From: Laetmonice hystrix
Lineage: Eukaryota
Assembly (NCBI GenBank): GCA_965235115.1
Contig: OZ249447.1
Coordinates: forward strand, 9,610,001-9,674,000
DNA: 64,000 nucleotides
Direction: 5' to 3'
The notes beneath the pieces were generated by a model. That model was not told the origin of the DNA, ran no database searches, and saw nothing but the letters and a program-made list of their open reading frames with translations. Positions 13,294 to 24,679 of the stretch are shown piece after piece. Position 1 is the stretch's first letter. The number at the start of each line of letters is the position of its first letter. A program made the position numbers and the translations under genes.

Positions 13294-13792
13294 TCATGGC
13301 TGGTTGTTGACTTGGCACTGACTTGAACGACAATGAAATACATCGGTTCATCGCCCGACGGATTTCATTGGCTGTCATTGAAATGAGAGATACTCGGTGA
13401 TTGCTTTTAAAGTGTTACAGTGAATAATTATCATGCTGTTTCCGCGAAATCGCAAAAACTAAAATTCATTCCCATTCGGAAATAAGTATATTGATGATGG
13501 TATGCATATAGGCCTACAGTTGTCCCCACAAGTAATTGAAGCCATAGGCAACAGCTGTCTGTTACAACATTTTCTTTTATGAATCTAGTACTCTAAGTCG
13601 TAATAGGTTTGGCAAAACAAGAAATCTACATTTTTGCGTGTCTATCTTCCTTCACTGCGTAGAGCTTATAATTTTAGCCTGTAACAGAGGGGGGCAGTAG
13701 CTGGACCAACTGTCTGACAAAACTTTCACAACCCCCCTCCCTGTCCTGACGACCCCTCTATATACTTAGGCAACTACAATCATTTTTCTTGT

Positions 13793-13929
13793 NNNNNNNN
13801 NNNNNNNNNNNNNNNNNNNNNNNNNNNNNNNNNNNNNNNNNNNNNNNNNNNNNNNNNNNNNNNNNNNNNNNNNNNNNNNNNNNNNNNNNNNNNNNNNNNN
13901 NNNNNNNNNNNNNNNNNNNNNNNNNNNNN
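13793..13929. other. Assembly gap (N run)
   Basis: Run of n. Confidence 1.
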
Positions 13930-14049
13930 GACTAGGTACGTTCATCCTACCGTTCGAAGATCTGGCGTCCGAGACAACACGTGATAACCCAATGGTAGCC
14001 GCCATACGGAACTATGCCACAGATCGACCCACTGACGGGGAACGGGTTG

Positions 14050-14300
14050 TATTGCTACATCCCTTTAGAAGAGTCGTATCGCACTTTTCTCAGCCTTGCA
14101 CCCTCCCGGCTCCAAGTGGATACTTAGTGACTCATCATACTGTCAGTGTTTGAACCATCAGCACGTGTTGCTAGACTACGACCGAACGTGGACCCATGCA
14201 AGCTCCTTCCGACCCATCAGCCAGTTCATGGGAGACAGACCCGAGTCTATCTAAGCGATACTTTCAGACGTGACCGTTCACTCTACATGTGAGCAGTGGT
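14050..14300 (-). mobile_element. Possible DIRS-like retrotransposon RNase H remnant
   Basis: Minus-strand PMNWL..ELA (cf. HINWLEL.A) followed by QHVL..TDS (cf. HVLVRTDN) across frameshifts; weak. Confidence 0.25.
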
Positions 14301-15882
14301 TCCGTGGCTTTATATAGTGGGGAGGTCAAGCTGGACCTCCAGAGTGGTGTCCAACAGAACCACATTGTTTTAGTAAGATAAAAACATTTTACAGCCGACA
14401 ACCAAAGCCTTGGAGGTGTAGATCCCGTCTGGAGGACTAAATATAGGGCGACCATCCATAGTTTCTTCCTCCAAGTCGATTTTATTACAAGATATTAATA
14501 AAAATGATAAAATCAGGGTAACATGGACAATGAGGCACGTGACACCGACGTTCTGCATACGACAGTTGTCACCCAGCGTCACGATCCACATAATTACAGT
14601 CAATTATATACAAATTAGGGTCTCACCTCTAAAACCAATTGCCTACTTGGCTGTATTTTAGTAGGGTCTTTATCACCAAGCAATATAAGTGAGCACCGAC
14701 TTAAACATCCGAAGGTTTCCCAGGTAGAACAGAATTGCATATTAATCAAGACACCATTTCCACCGTCCTGTCTGTCCAATTAAAGTCAAGGTGCTACAAC
14801 CAAGAATATCTGGCGGTGTCATACTGTCTGCAGATAAAACTGTTGACTGTAACTGACTGACTGACGTAGAGAGTCACTGGCGTGAGGTTTGACAAACAAA
14901 CCTGGACAATGGACACTACAAACTGGTATTAATAGCACAAGAATGTATTAGAGGAGTGCGTATACTGGCATATCTTTCACCTATTCTATTTACCGCACAG
15001 ATCTTACTTACTTTTAGATAGGAGTTCAATAAATTATGCCCGATGGTTAATTAATCACTTGATTATTGTTTGTTCATGAAGGAGTAACAGTTTTAATAGC
15101 AACTAATGCAATGTGTGCCCCTGACTGCATGGATGACTTGGTTAGACATTCGACTGACTACAAATAATGGTCTGGGCATCATTTAAAACGGGAATTAGGT
15201 TCCGATCAAGAAGATTCCTCAATTTCAAATCTGCAGCTATATCCGTAAACCATTTCATTTCTGCAATGCTGTCGTTTTTCTCAGTCAAAGAAAAAGAAAT
15301 CAGTTCCACTCAAGTAATATTTTGAGATTATAGATCTATAGATCTAAAAACAGTACACAGTATCAATCCATCGCATCCATTTCAGGAGGGAAAAGAATAA
15401 AAAAACCTTTAGTTTCCCTTTCTAAAAATGTTTCTTCTGGGTTATAACGCAGTTTCCCGTCGATAACACTTCGTATACCTTGCCTCTTTGCCACAGACAC
15501 TTGTTGGTGGCAAAACATGCACCTTCCTTGACACATTACCCTACCTTTCTGAAATCATGGGGGAGGCGCTGTGCCTGAGATCAATTAGATACCGGTAGTA
15601 AATTCTATCGTGTTGGCAATTATCGTATCGAATTTGTGTGTATAGGCCTAATCCAGATGAATAGTTCAAATATTCCTCTAAATATCTTAGGTAACACGGC
15701 AATTTCCGCATGAAATGGTGAACACAGGTGAGAGAAACAATCTTGTAGGGACTGTCCTCTCAAGGCGGAACTCTCGATGTCCCCACAACGTTTTTCTCAC
15801 CTCTCCCAAAACCCTTTGTAAGCTGCAACTTTATTGGTTGTCCCCAGTCTAGTACCAACTCGCTTTTGTCCCCACGAACCTG

Positions 15883-16071
15883 NNNNNNNNNNNNNNNNNN
15901 NNNNNNNNNNNNNNNNNNNNNNNNNNNNNNNNNNNNNNNNNNNNNNNNNNNNNNNNNNNNNNNNNNNNNNNNNNNNNNNNNNNNNNNNNNNNNNNNNNNN
16001 NNNNNNNNNNNNNNNNNNNNNNNNNNNNNNNNNNNNNNNNNNNNNNNNNNNNNNNNNNNNNNNNNNNNNNN
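15883..16071. other. Assembly gap (N run)
   Basis: Run of n. Confidence 1.
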
Positions 16072-16656
16072 NGTTGTATCCATAGCCATGCCCTCATGAT
16101 GGGCATTATTTAAAAGGGCTTACCCTACAAACTTGTCCTGTGATATAATAATGATGCCATCCGTGTTTGATTTTTGGAATGTGTTCGGACAGGAAGGCGC
16201 GACTCTCGAAGATCGATCAATGATTAGCAGCATGTTGTTGGGACTTGGCGCGATTTAAGACAGCGCACCTGGAAGAATCTTTGATCCTTGGAACGCTCTG
16301 TTCCCAGCGCCTGTTACCATGCCTACCTCACCTGCAGTCATGCTAACTTGTCATTATTACTGGTACCGTGAGGGCACGCTGAATCAGTCCCTGAGCGGCT
16401 ACCTCTCACCTGGCCCTTGTTCTACGCCCCCGCCCGCAGCCTCCCCGACCCTAGGGCATCCTTCCTGGCAGCCGCTATTAGAGGTTTGCCCACGGCCAAG
16501 TCTCTTCCTCTGGTTCAAGCCACTGTGACCCTGCTACCAGATCATAGGGAAATGGCTATTGGTCATGTAGATTTGTGTCGATACCTATCGTGTTGGGCAA
16601 GTGGTCACGCTATCGTGAATCACTGAGGGTCACGCTATTATGGTAGGCCTTGGCCA

Positions 16657-16940
16657 GGGGCCGGTTTTTTTGTTTACTTTTCCACCGTGAGCAAGGGTGA
16701 GCTGAGCTGAGCAAGGGTGAGCAGAAGCTCATGTTCACCGTTTTGCTCACTGTTTTCGTTTTTCGGGGTGTTTTTCCGCGAGCTTGCTCGCCATGCACGC
16801 CTCATAGAAAAAAGCAACCAAAATAAAATCACGAAAAAGCTGAGAATGAGCTCATGTTCACCCTTGCTCAGCTCAGCTCACCCTTGCTCACGGTGGAAAG
16901 GTAAACAAAAGTAAACAAAACAACAACAAAAAAAGGGGCC
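16657..16940. mobile_element. MITE/foldback element with ~53-bp near-perfect inverted arms
   Basis: ttttgtttacttttccaccgtgagcaagggtgagctgagctgagcaagggtga (16668-16720) is the reverse complement, with one mismatch, of 16858-16910. Outer gggcc/T-tract versus A-tract/ggggcc ends; TSD not resolved. Confidence 0.8.
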
Positions 16941-17479
16941 CAGATAGGTCATTCCTCATTTTGCGTTCTCAATCGGCCTATAATTTAACCGATAGATCTA
17001 TCGACAATATCGGGCCTATAGGCGGCTAGGGGTATAGCCGTAGGCCCTGACCACTGAGGTCATAGACATAGGCCTAATTGATTGCTTTATACAGGAAAAG
17101 ATGCATTAGGCTAACCCCGTTTAGATTCTGTGTAGGCGTCTAACTAGGCCCTATTGTTAATTTGATTGAACAAATTAGAGGGACCCGCACGCCCCCCAGC
17201 CCCCCCCCCCCCCCCCCCCCAAGCATCTGAACCCACTCCTGCCAAGAGCGGAAGAGGCAGAAACACGTTCTAATCTAAGTGTATACGGCAACCTATTTCT
17301 CCATTTTTAAGTTTTCGCGAATTTGCCGCGGGGCGGCGCCTCTGGCGTTGCGTAGGACGGAAAGCCCTCGTCATGGCCTCATTACTCACAGTCACACTCA
17401 CAGACAGAGCAGTTTCTGTCATGGACCGCCAGTATTATTCCCCATGCACACCGTCACCACCAATGTAATCCTTCTCTAG

Positions 17480-17512
17480 TTATTGCTGTCCAATTATTTG
17501 CACTGGGCGAAG
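17480..17512 (+). CDS. Candidate exon (33 nt if the acceptor at 17479 is used; or 3' part of a first exon), hydrophobic VIAVQLFALGE(G)
   Basis: Acceptor ccttctctag at 17470-17479 and perfect donor AAG|GTGAGT at 17512/17513; the phase-1 reading gives the end of a signal-peptide-like segment. Confidence 0.3.
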
Positions 17513-17887
17513 GTGAGTGTTGTTTGTGAAAAGCGCTAGGCTACTAGTACTACACTCGAATGCGTGAGGATTTGTAAATTTTAGATGATCTACATTTCCC
17601 AGCTGTCAAATAAGGGGTCTCGGGTCGCAATTAAAGGGCGTGGCGACTCGACAGGCGAGAAATCTATCGTAACCTGAACTTCTCTACACATTGCCGACCC
17701 GTCGCTGAATGAAATAGATGTTGGTCGTTTATACCAATCGACCACGTGATAGGAAGACCCGCCATCTGACCCGAACCAAACATTAGCCTCATTCATTTAG
17801 GTCTGTTAATATGGTTTCTGTTAGCCAATATGGTCAGCCCCACCTCGGCGGGAAGGCTGAGACTGAGAGATGAAATGTTTTGTCTAG

Positions 17888-17978
17888 GTTTCTGTCAGCA
17901 AGGTGGCCACGCGGTTCGGACGGGTGATAGCCGACTGAGTGAGACTGAAGGTCGACTGCAACCTGACCAAGTAAGAAG
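17888..17978 (+). CDS. Candidate exon: (G)FCQQGGHAVRTGDSRLSETEGRLQPDQ(VR)
   Basis: Acceptor tgttttgtctag at 17887; donors CAA|GTAAGA (17970) and AAG|GTATGT (17978). The only open frame enters in phase 1, matching the upstream candidate exon. Confidence 0.35.
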
Positions 17979-18373
17979 GTATGTCAATCTCGATTAGAAA
18001 TATTATTAGGCCTAATATTATTAATAGCCACGCAGTGGTTGGTAGAAGATAGGCACAGCATAGATCTATGGCAAGGATGAAGCGACACTAGCTGTAGCTA
18101 GGTCAGTTCAATATTCTTTTCAATAAGACAAGGATTTAGTCTGAGGTCTATTTCTTACATAGGCCTATAGCCTAGGGGAATCTATACTACAGGGGGCCTA
18201 ATAGTCTATAGGCGTCACAATTGGATTGACGATTTTACTGCTTGGTGAAATGGTTTCAATGGTCCCATCTTGCTGTAGCCCCGAACAGTCTAGATCGAGG
18301 CTTAGGCCTAGGGGTCCCCTACTGCTCAGTTGATAATATTTTTTTGTCATTTTTGCAATACAATACCAGTGGA

Positions 18374-18554
18374 CTGTGGCGGATCTGGAGGGGGGGGGGG
18401 GTTAAGGCCTGGAGCTGCAGTCCCCATAAGATCCGGATGATGTTATTATAAATAGCATGGAGAGATTCCCCCACTTTGAGGGCCGGCTTTGCCTTATGGT
18501 TAGGCTCCCTCTTCCCCCCCCCCCCTGAAACGTAGGCCTGCCTGTATCCGCCAA
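18374..18554. mobile_element. Short non-autonomous DNA element (tggcggatc...gtatccgcca ends)
   Basis: Imperfect terminal inverted repeats with an internal G tract at left and C tract at right. Confidence 0.6.
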
Positions 18555-18580
18555 TCAATACAATACAATATAATACTAAT

Positions 18581-18803
18581 CAGGCCCGTACCCAGGATTG
18601 ACCTCATGAGGGGGGGGGGGGGCCCACCCCCGGAAAATCTTTCAATTTGGAAGACCAAAAAACGCAATTTCCCGATAGTTCTGAGGGAAATAGGTTCACA
18701 CGGGCAAGGGTCAGCACGACCCACTATAGGAGACCCTGCTATTGATTTTTTGGGAGGGCGGCCAGAACCCCTTAACCCCCCCCCCCCCCTACGTAGGGGC
18801 CTG
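18581..18803. mobile_element. Short non-autonomous DNA element (caggcccgta...tacgtaggggcctg ends)
   Basis: CAGGCCC terminal inverted repeats with G/C tracts; taat lies immediately outside both ends (possible TSD). Confidence 0.65.
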
Positions 18804-19558
18804 TAATCGGGAACTGTAGGCCTCTATATGCCTCTCTATGACTTTAAAAGTATGTCTTTAGCTATAAGGTCGATATATGTCAAAAAGGCGGACAGAGAGA
18901 CATACAGACAGACAAACAGTGTAGAATATATCAGTTTGTAGGTATAGGAGGACTGAGGATTAGCTCAGTGCCCATGGAACACTGATCCACGCTGTCCGAT
19001 ATTGTAATAATGCTATGATGATGCTGTCGGTGTTGTCAGCTATACTCAGACACCGTATATGAGGATGATCACACGAGCAGGATGACGGTTGACGGCGGCA
19101 CGTGCCGCCCACGTCCTGCCTATGGCCACGTATTTGGCTCTAATGGAGCACGTATATTTATTTAAAGCTACCACCCACCGGATCCATGGCAGATCAGATT
19201 GTAGCGGAGCAGGTCTCTGGCTGCGAGTAATTATAATGTGTCGGGTAATTTCTCAGAAGGGCCCATGGCACATGGGCTTAAGGTCGCATCTCTCTATCAA
19301 GACTGCTTCCGGGAGCCGAGGTGTATTCTGCTAAGCCAGATTATAAATAGGCCTATATCTGTATAGAAAAATATCAATCTATGTGTATAGTTGTATATAT
19401 TTATATGACTAATGATTGGGGGAGTTCTATTCTAGTTAATGATTCCCGGAATATGTCAGCCTCCGTCGTATGTTACATACGCTAAATGGAAAGAACAACG
19501 TCATGAGGTATATAGGGAGTGGAGGGAGAATGGACTGTGATGACAACATAAACAGTGA

Positions 19559-19957
19559 CAGCTAGTCCTTATACTTGGTCCATGTCAGCTAGTCCTTATA
19601 CTTGGTTCATGTCAGCTAGTCCTTATACTTGGTCCATGTCAGCTAGTCCTTATACTTGGTCCATGTCAGCTAGTCCTTATACGTGGTCCATGTCACCTAG
19701 TCCTTATACTTGGTCCTTATCACCATACCTGGATGTCAGCTAGTCCTTATACTTGGTCTTTATCAACATAGCTGGATGTCAGCTAGTCCTTATACTTGGT
19801 CCTTATGAGTTATCACCATGGCTGGATGTCAGCTAGTTTTTATACTTGGTCCTTATCACCATAGCTGGATGTCAGCTAGTCCTTATACTTGGTCCTTATC
19901 ACCATAGCTGTGTGTGAGCTAGTCCTTATACTTGGTCCTTATTACCATGGCTGGATG
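19559..19957. repeat. Two-phase minisatellite: 5 x 27 bp then 6 x ~43 bp
   Basis: cagctagtccttatacttggtccatgt x5, then the same core with an added ttatcaccatagctgg segment. Confidence 0.95.
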
Positions 19958-20534
19958 ATAAAGTGAATGTACTACGGTGTGAAATTTGCCGATATTTCAC
20001 CAAAAATGTCTGATTGCAAAATTGCATGAGAAATAATTATGGCGAGTATTGATTGTGTGTGATTCCGTGAGGGCGTTAAGTTCCACTGCCTTCTGTTAAA
20101 ATGGAGACATTAGTCGCTATTAGAGGAACCATTTTACTTTTCAATGTTTTTGTTTGAAAAACATATTTTATACAGACTAGAACCATGGTATTACTAAATT
20201 ACTAACACAGGATCGCTGATCCTATCAGGGGCAGAGAAAGGGGTATGATTGCAGTGATATGGAACTAGTGTAGGTTTTATATTTAATTAGGAGGCTCATA
20301 ACAAGGATAGAATAAAGAATATATGCATTCCGTCATACCCGTATTAAAGGGAAACGGATTGGCAAAGTCTGTCTAGTCTCGACGTATATCTTGGGAATAC
20401 AGAATGAATCACTGACATACTGAACGTGAAAGGTTAACACGCGCCATTTTGTCAAGAATTGGAAGTTGTTAATTGTACATTTTTAATAATTTAGGCCGCC
20501 TAGCTGAGGATGGAGTTCTGGACCTATCATGCCC

Positions 20535-20691
20535 CAGGGCAATTCCTAAAAACTTAAGATATTTCATAAGCTCAAGCTTAACGCTTGACAGGCTGTCACC
20601 GACCAACCAATCCGAATTGGCTTAAGTAAGCTTAATTAAGCTTAATCTTAGACCCTAAGCAAGATCTTAAGTGGTTAAAAATCTGCCCCAG
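20535..20691. mobile_element. Degenerate palindromic MITE rich in cttaag/taagctta
   Basis: cagggcaattcctaaaaacttaagat at the left end pairs imperfectly with atcttaagtggttaaaaatctgccccag at the right end. Confidence 0.55.
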
Positions 20692-21416
20692 AAACTCATC
20701 CGATCGCACCGGTCAGTTTATAGTAATATATTCTAGCTATAAATCAGCGTGGAAAGAATGATGACCTATTGACCTAGTTAGTCCATTGTCTGGCTGGAAG
20801 TGGCGGCAATCCTTTGATGTTGTACGGAGGTACGTCCCGATATGACTCTCATACAGTGATCACTCTGGGCTCCAGGTGTCACGGATCGATATCATGACAG
20901 ATGAACGTGAACAGGCGCAATGCTAACACTTTATGAGACTGAGAAATCATTTCGAGCTGTCAGATCGATACTAGCTCTGACAGCAGTGATCTGGACATGA
21001 CCTCGGGGCCTACTGTTAGAACCGACCCACATGATGTTAGAACAACGACAGGATGCGGCGAGCTGACTTATGTAACGACCCTGACAGGACATGGCAGGGA
21101 TGACCGGGTCGTGCCCCCTACAGCCAGCAGAAGGTCATCGTAACCACACCCTGGAAACACCATCAGTTGATAATGAGAGTTCTTTGCTGTAAAACCAATG
21201 AATATTTCAACCATTTTCTGACTTCATGGCCGTATAAAGGCATATTTTCTTTTTCCTTCAGCAGACAAGTGAAATTGATCACAGAGCATGTGATGCTTCC
21301 ACCTCTCCACTATAAAGTACCTCCCACCTGGCACAAAGCCTGCAGCACCTTGAGACCACAGTGACCAGGGATGGAGGTCTGTTAGTAGTATACAGACATG
21401 GCCGTTAGTAGCAGGT

Positions 21417-21498
21417 GTCTTGCTATGTCACAATGCCAGAGATTCGGTTCATCAGTCGTCTTGCTATGTCACAATGCCAGAGATTCGGTTCATCAGTC
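21417..21498. repeat. Perfect 41-bp tandem duplication
   Basis: gtcttgctatgtcacaatgccagagattcggttcatcagtc x2. Confidence 0.95.
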
Positions 21499-23379
21499 GT
21501 CGAGCGTCAGTTCGTACTACGACAGGCTACATTATAGAAGTCAGAGAATGCTTCAAGTCTTCCGCCCTGCGGGCGTCTTGCTGTGACGTTTGTTGATTGG
21601 TGCTTGCAGCCAGCCCACCTACCAAGGCTGCCTGTTTGCCCCGACCTATAACTGCCCCCTTACCAACAACCAACCGACGCCTACGGCCAAGGCTCGTGCA
21701 TCCACGCACACCCCGGCGCGCATGCCGCACACACTGGGGCGTGTTTATAGCCATGTGTTGGTCTCAAACCGGGTTCAGCGGTCACAGCGGCCGAGACGGT
21801 AGGCACCTTGAACACTTCAGTCAGCCTTTGTCTGTCTGTCAGGGTCCGCCTGCTGACGACCACTATAATCACCACTGCCATCCCGTGTAGTAGTTGTAGG
21901 AGTTGCCCACCTAACCATGCTGGCGCTGCCGCCACACGTGCTGATGACGTTAGCTCGATTCATAAAGCCGAGGGTTGGGATAGACACGTTCAGCGGGCCG
22001 ACCGCTGTCAGCGAACGCACACCGGCGAGTGGATGTACCCACCTCGTCGCTTAGAACACGTGGTCTCCTACAGACATACGGACTTAAACTCTATCAGATC
22101 GACCCATCGTCATGGAACCGCAACGACGGACTTCGTCTCTCTGTCATTGAGGACTTCACCTGCCTCTGTAGAGGGTAACATTTTCACCGAGTTAAAGCAA
22201 TCGGAAACTCTCATTGCCATTGTCTCCTTGAAGTACGCTCTGACAGGTTTGGATCACAGGGGAGTGGTCGCTCCTGAATAAGGTACGTTTCCATCGTAAC
22301 TACTCATGTCTGCATCTCAGTTATTTGTGAGATTCTATAATACAAAGTTTTAGAGATAAGGGAAAGGTTGCCATTAGTTTTACGATCATGAGATGTCTGA
22401 TTCATGAAGATTTGGAAACGTGTTTTGTGAGAGGTTGGGATGATAGGGGGTCACATGTACGTAAGACGTTATGGAGTATTAGCTGGTCTCCAGCTAAAGG
22501 TGGGACTCCAAGGTATTCCCCGGATCAAAGGTGGGGAAAATGTGACAGGAAATTACCGTCAGTGTGAGCTAATCACAGCGAAAAGGCCACAGATTCAAAA
22601 CAACACAAGATACGACTCCCACCCCCTCATCGAACTGGAGGGATTCGTGACAGAATTGTGCCCTTTCCGATCCGAGTCACAGCGAAACGAAACGAATATT
22701 GATAAATACGTTAATTCAACGGGGCGTTAATTGCCATTACGACGAATTCGGCTTAAAATAACGTGAGGTAAGATAATATGAGCCAGCGGGCGCGGTGTTC
22801 TCTCCGGAGAGTGCCCACGTGTTTCCGTGGTGACGGACACGGTAGAGATGCGTAACCATAAAAGGTAAGCCTCAACACGACATTATTGCCAGCCCTTCGC
22901 TCGGTCTGCGGCTCACTCACCTGACGAAGGCGTCGAGTGGAAATCTGCTGACTTCGATACACCGCAAACCGCGTGGGATTTAAACATAGCGCTGTCGCAG
23001 CAGCAGCAGCAGCAGCATGAGCTCGTTCACCTTGCCTGAGGGCTGGAGGCAGCAGGGTGCAATGTATCGCCACCAGTATGAATGGGATTATGGGAACGCC
23101 GACCCCTAAAACTGATAGGATCTGTCTTCACAAGAGCTTTATGGAGGAACCCTGTCTTCGGCAGGACACGTCATTTATATGATCCATCAGGTCCAATGAT
23201 TATGAAACACAACTGGGCAGCCCCCCCCCCCCCCCACCACCACCACCACCACTCTTTGCTAACCCGAAGGAACACCTATACATAAATTGACACCTACCGC
23301 TCTATACACACAGGGGGCTTGTTATGTCAGAGGGATGAATAAGTGTATGTAACCGGAAATCACTTGATATACAAAGAAA

Positions 23380-23600
23380 GGATCCCTGTCACGTTGATAG
23401 ACCCCCATGCTTGGTGCGGCAGTAAGTATGTTGATGTATATCGGTGACCTATAGTGACATAATGACAACCTGATAACCACACGTCTCATGGCAGGCACAG
23501 ACAAAGGCGCCAAGATCAAAGAGGGCCGTGTGATGTGTAACCTTCAGGAATCACCAGAACGTTGGTGGAGTCTGCCTTCATGCCTGTCTGAGCCAAGGTC
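23380..23600 (+). mobile_element. CR1-like RT fragment
   Basis: MLG..V.MLMYIGDL (~23431; cf. LGP.LF.IYINDL), then RLMAGTDK (cf. RLFADDTK) and LQE. Confidence 0.4.
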
Positions 23601-24276
23601 AGGCTTGGTGATGTGAGGAGCTGCTCGCTGGGCGGATACCATGGCCTTCGGTCCCGGCCACCGCGGAGCTATACGTCATACTGTGAGGTGTCACACCCTT
23701 ACTGATGTCACCCGCCAATACCCGCCTGCGGTAACCGTACTGCGGCACGCCGCACACAATAACTGTAATATATATATATAGTTTCCTATAAGGATCCAAG
23801 CACTAAGGTATTTCGAAGCACCGGACTAATCGATTGCACCTGAAAATAAACACAACACTACCTATAATTGTGAACCTACGTGAACCGGAGTACAAATATG
23901 GTGCGAAGCGTACGATTGTATCGTGTGTACAGTATAGAACCTTGCTTCGCTCTATAAAAGGCAACTATAGTTACGGCTATCGGTATGACGGAACAATCGG
24001 ACTTAGATGGATTCTCACTTATACAGATTATGGTTTCTGCTATAAATATCCTATCGTCATTATATGGAGAGCTTCTTGAATAACTTGCCGTATGCTATTA
24101 GTTTTTGTGTGCAACCTGAGGTATTGAATAGGAATAAGAGATGTATGAGGCATATACAGTAAACAGCGCATAACCTCCCGTAACAATGTACCCTCAGAGG
24201 TTAGCTCACAGAATATACTTTCTGTGGGACGATAACTTATATAATATGGGGTCTTTCTGGGATACAGTAATGCTGC

Positions 24277-24570
24277 AGAAATCCAGAAGATACAAACAGC
24301 CAACGATAATTTGATAGTTCTGCCCTCCACTGTAGGCCTCCATGCACCATGTAGAAACCCAGAAGATACAAACAACAACGATAATTCTATAGTTCTGCCC
24401 TCCACTGTAGGCCTCCATGCACCATGTAGAAACCCAGAAGATACAAACAAGAACGATAATTCTATAGTTCTGCCCTCCACTGTAGGCCTCCATGCACCAT
24501 GTAGAAACCCAGAAGATACAAACAACGATAATTCTATAGTTCTGCCCTCCACTGTAGGCCTCCATGCACC
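24277..24570. repeat. ~75-bp minisatellite, 4 copies
   Basis: cagaagatacaaacaacaacgataattctatagttctgccctccactgtaggcctccatgcaccatgtagaaacc repeats; source of ORFs 24040..24660, 24206..24742 and 24311..24631. Confidence 0.95.
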
Positions 24571-24679
24571 CAAAGGGACAGATCGTAACGAACATGTGTC
24601 TCTGTCGACGCATGTGTCGACCATATGGTAGGAAAAAAGAAAAGTCAATAGTGAGAACAAAGCTCTCCCAACTTCCCCG

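Larger units (their letters stand above)
17280..17990. promoter_or_regulatory. CpG-rich island / candidate promoter region
   Basis: Local CpG enrichment; tttcgcg (E2F-like) and ggggcgg GC box at ~17313-17335; ccaat and cacgtg at ~17734-17748 with a minus-strand tataaa; a further agccaat at ~17823; near-consensus splice donors nearby. Confidence 0.45.

Noticed and set aside
17590-17796. 68-aa minus-strand ORF (MNEANVWFGSDGG...)
   Set aside because: No recognisable domain; overlaps promoter-like motifs and the candidate intron; length is within chance.
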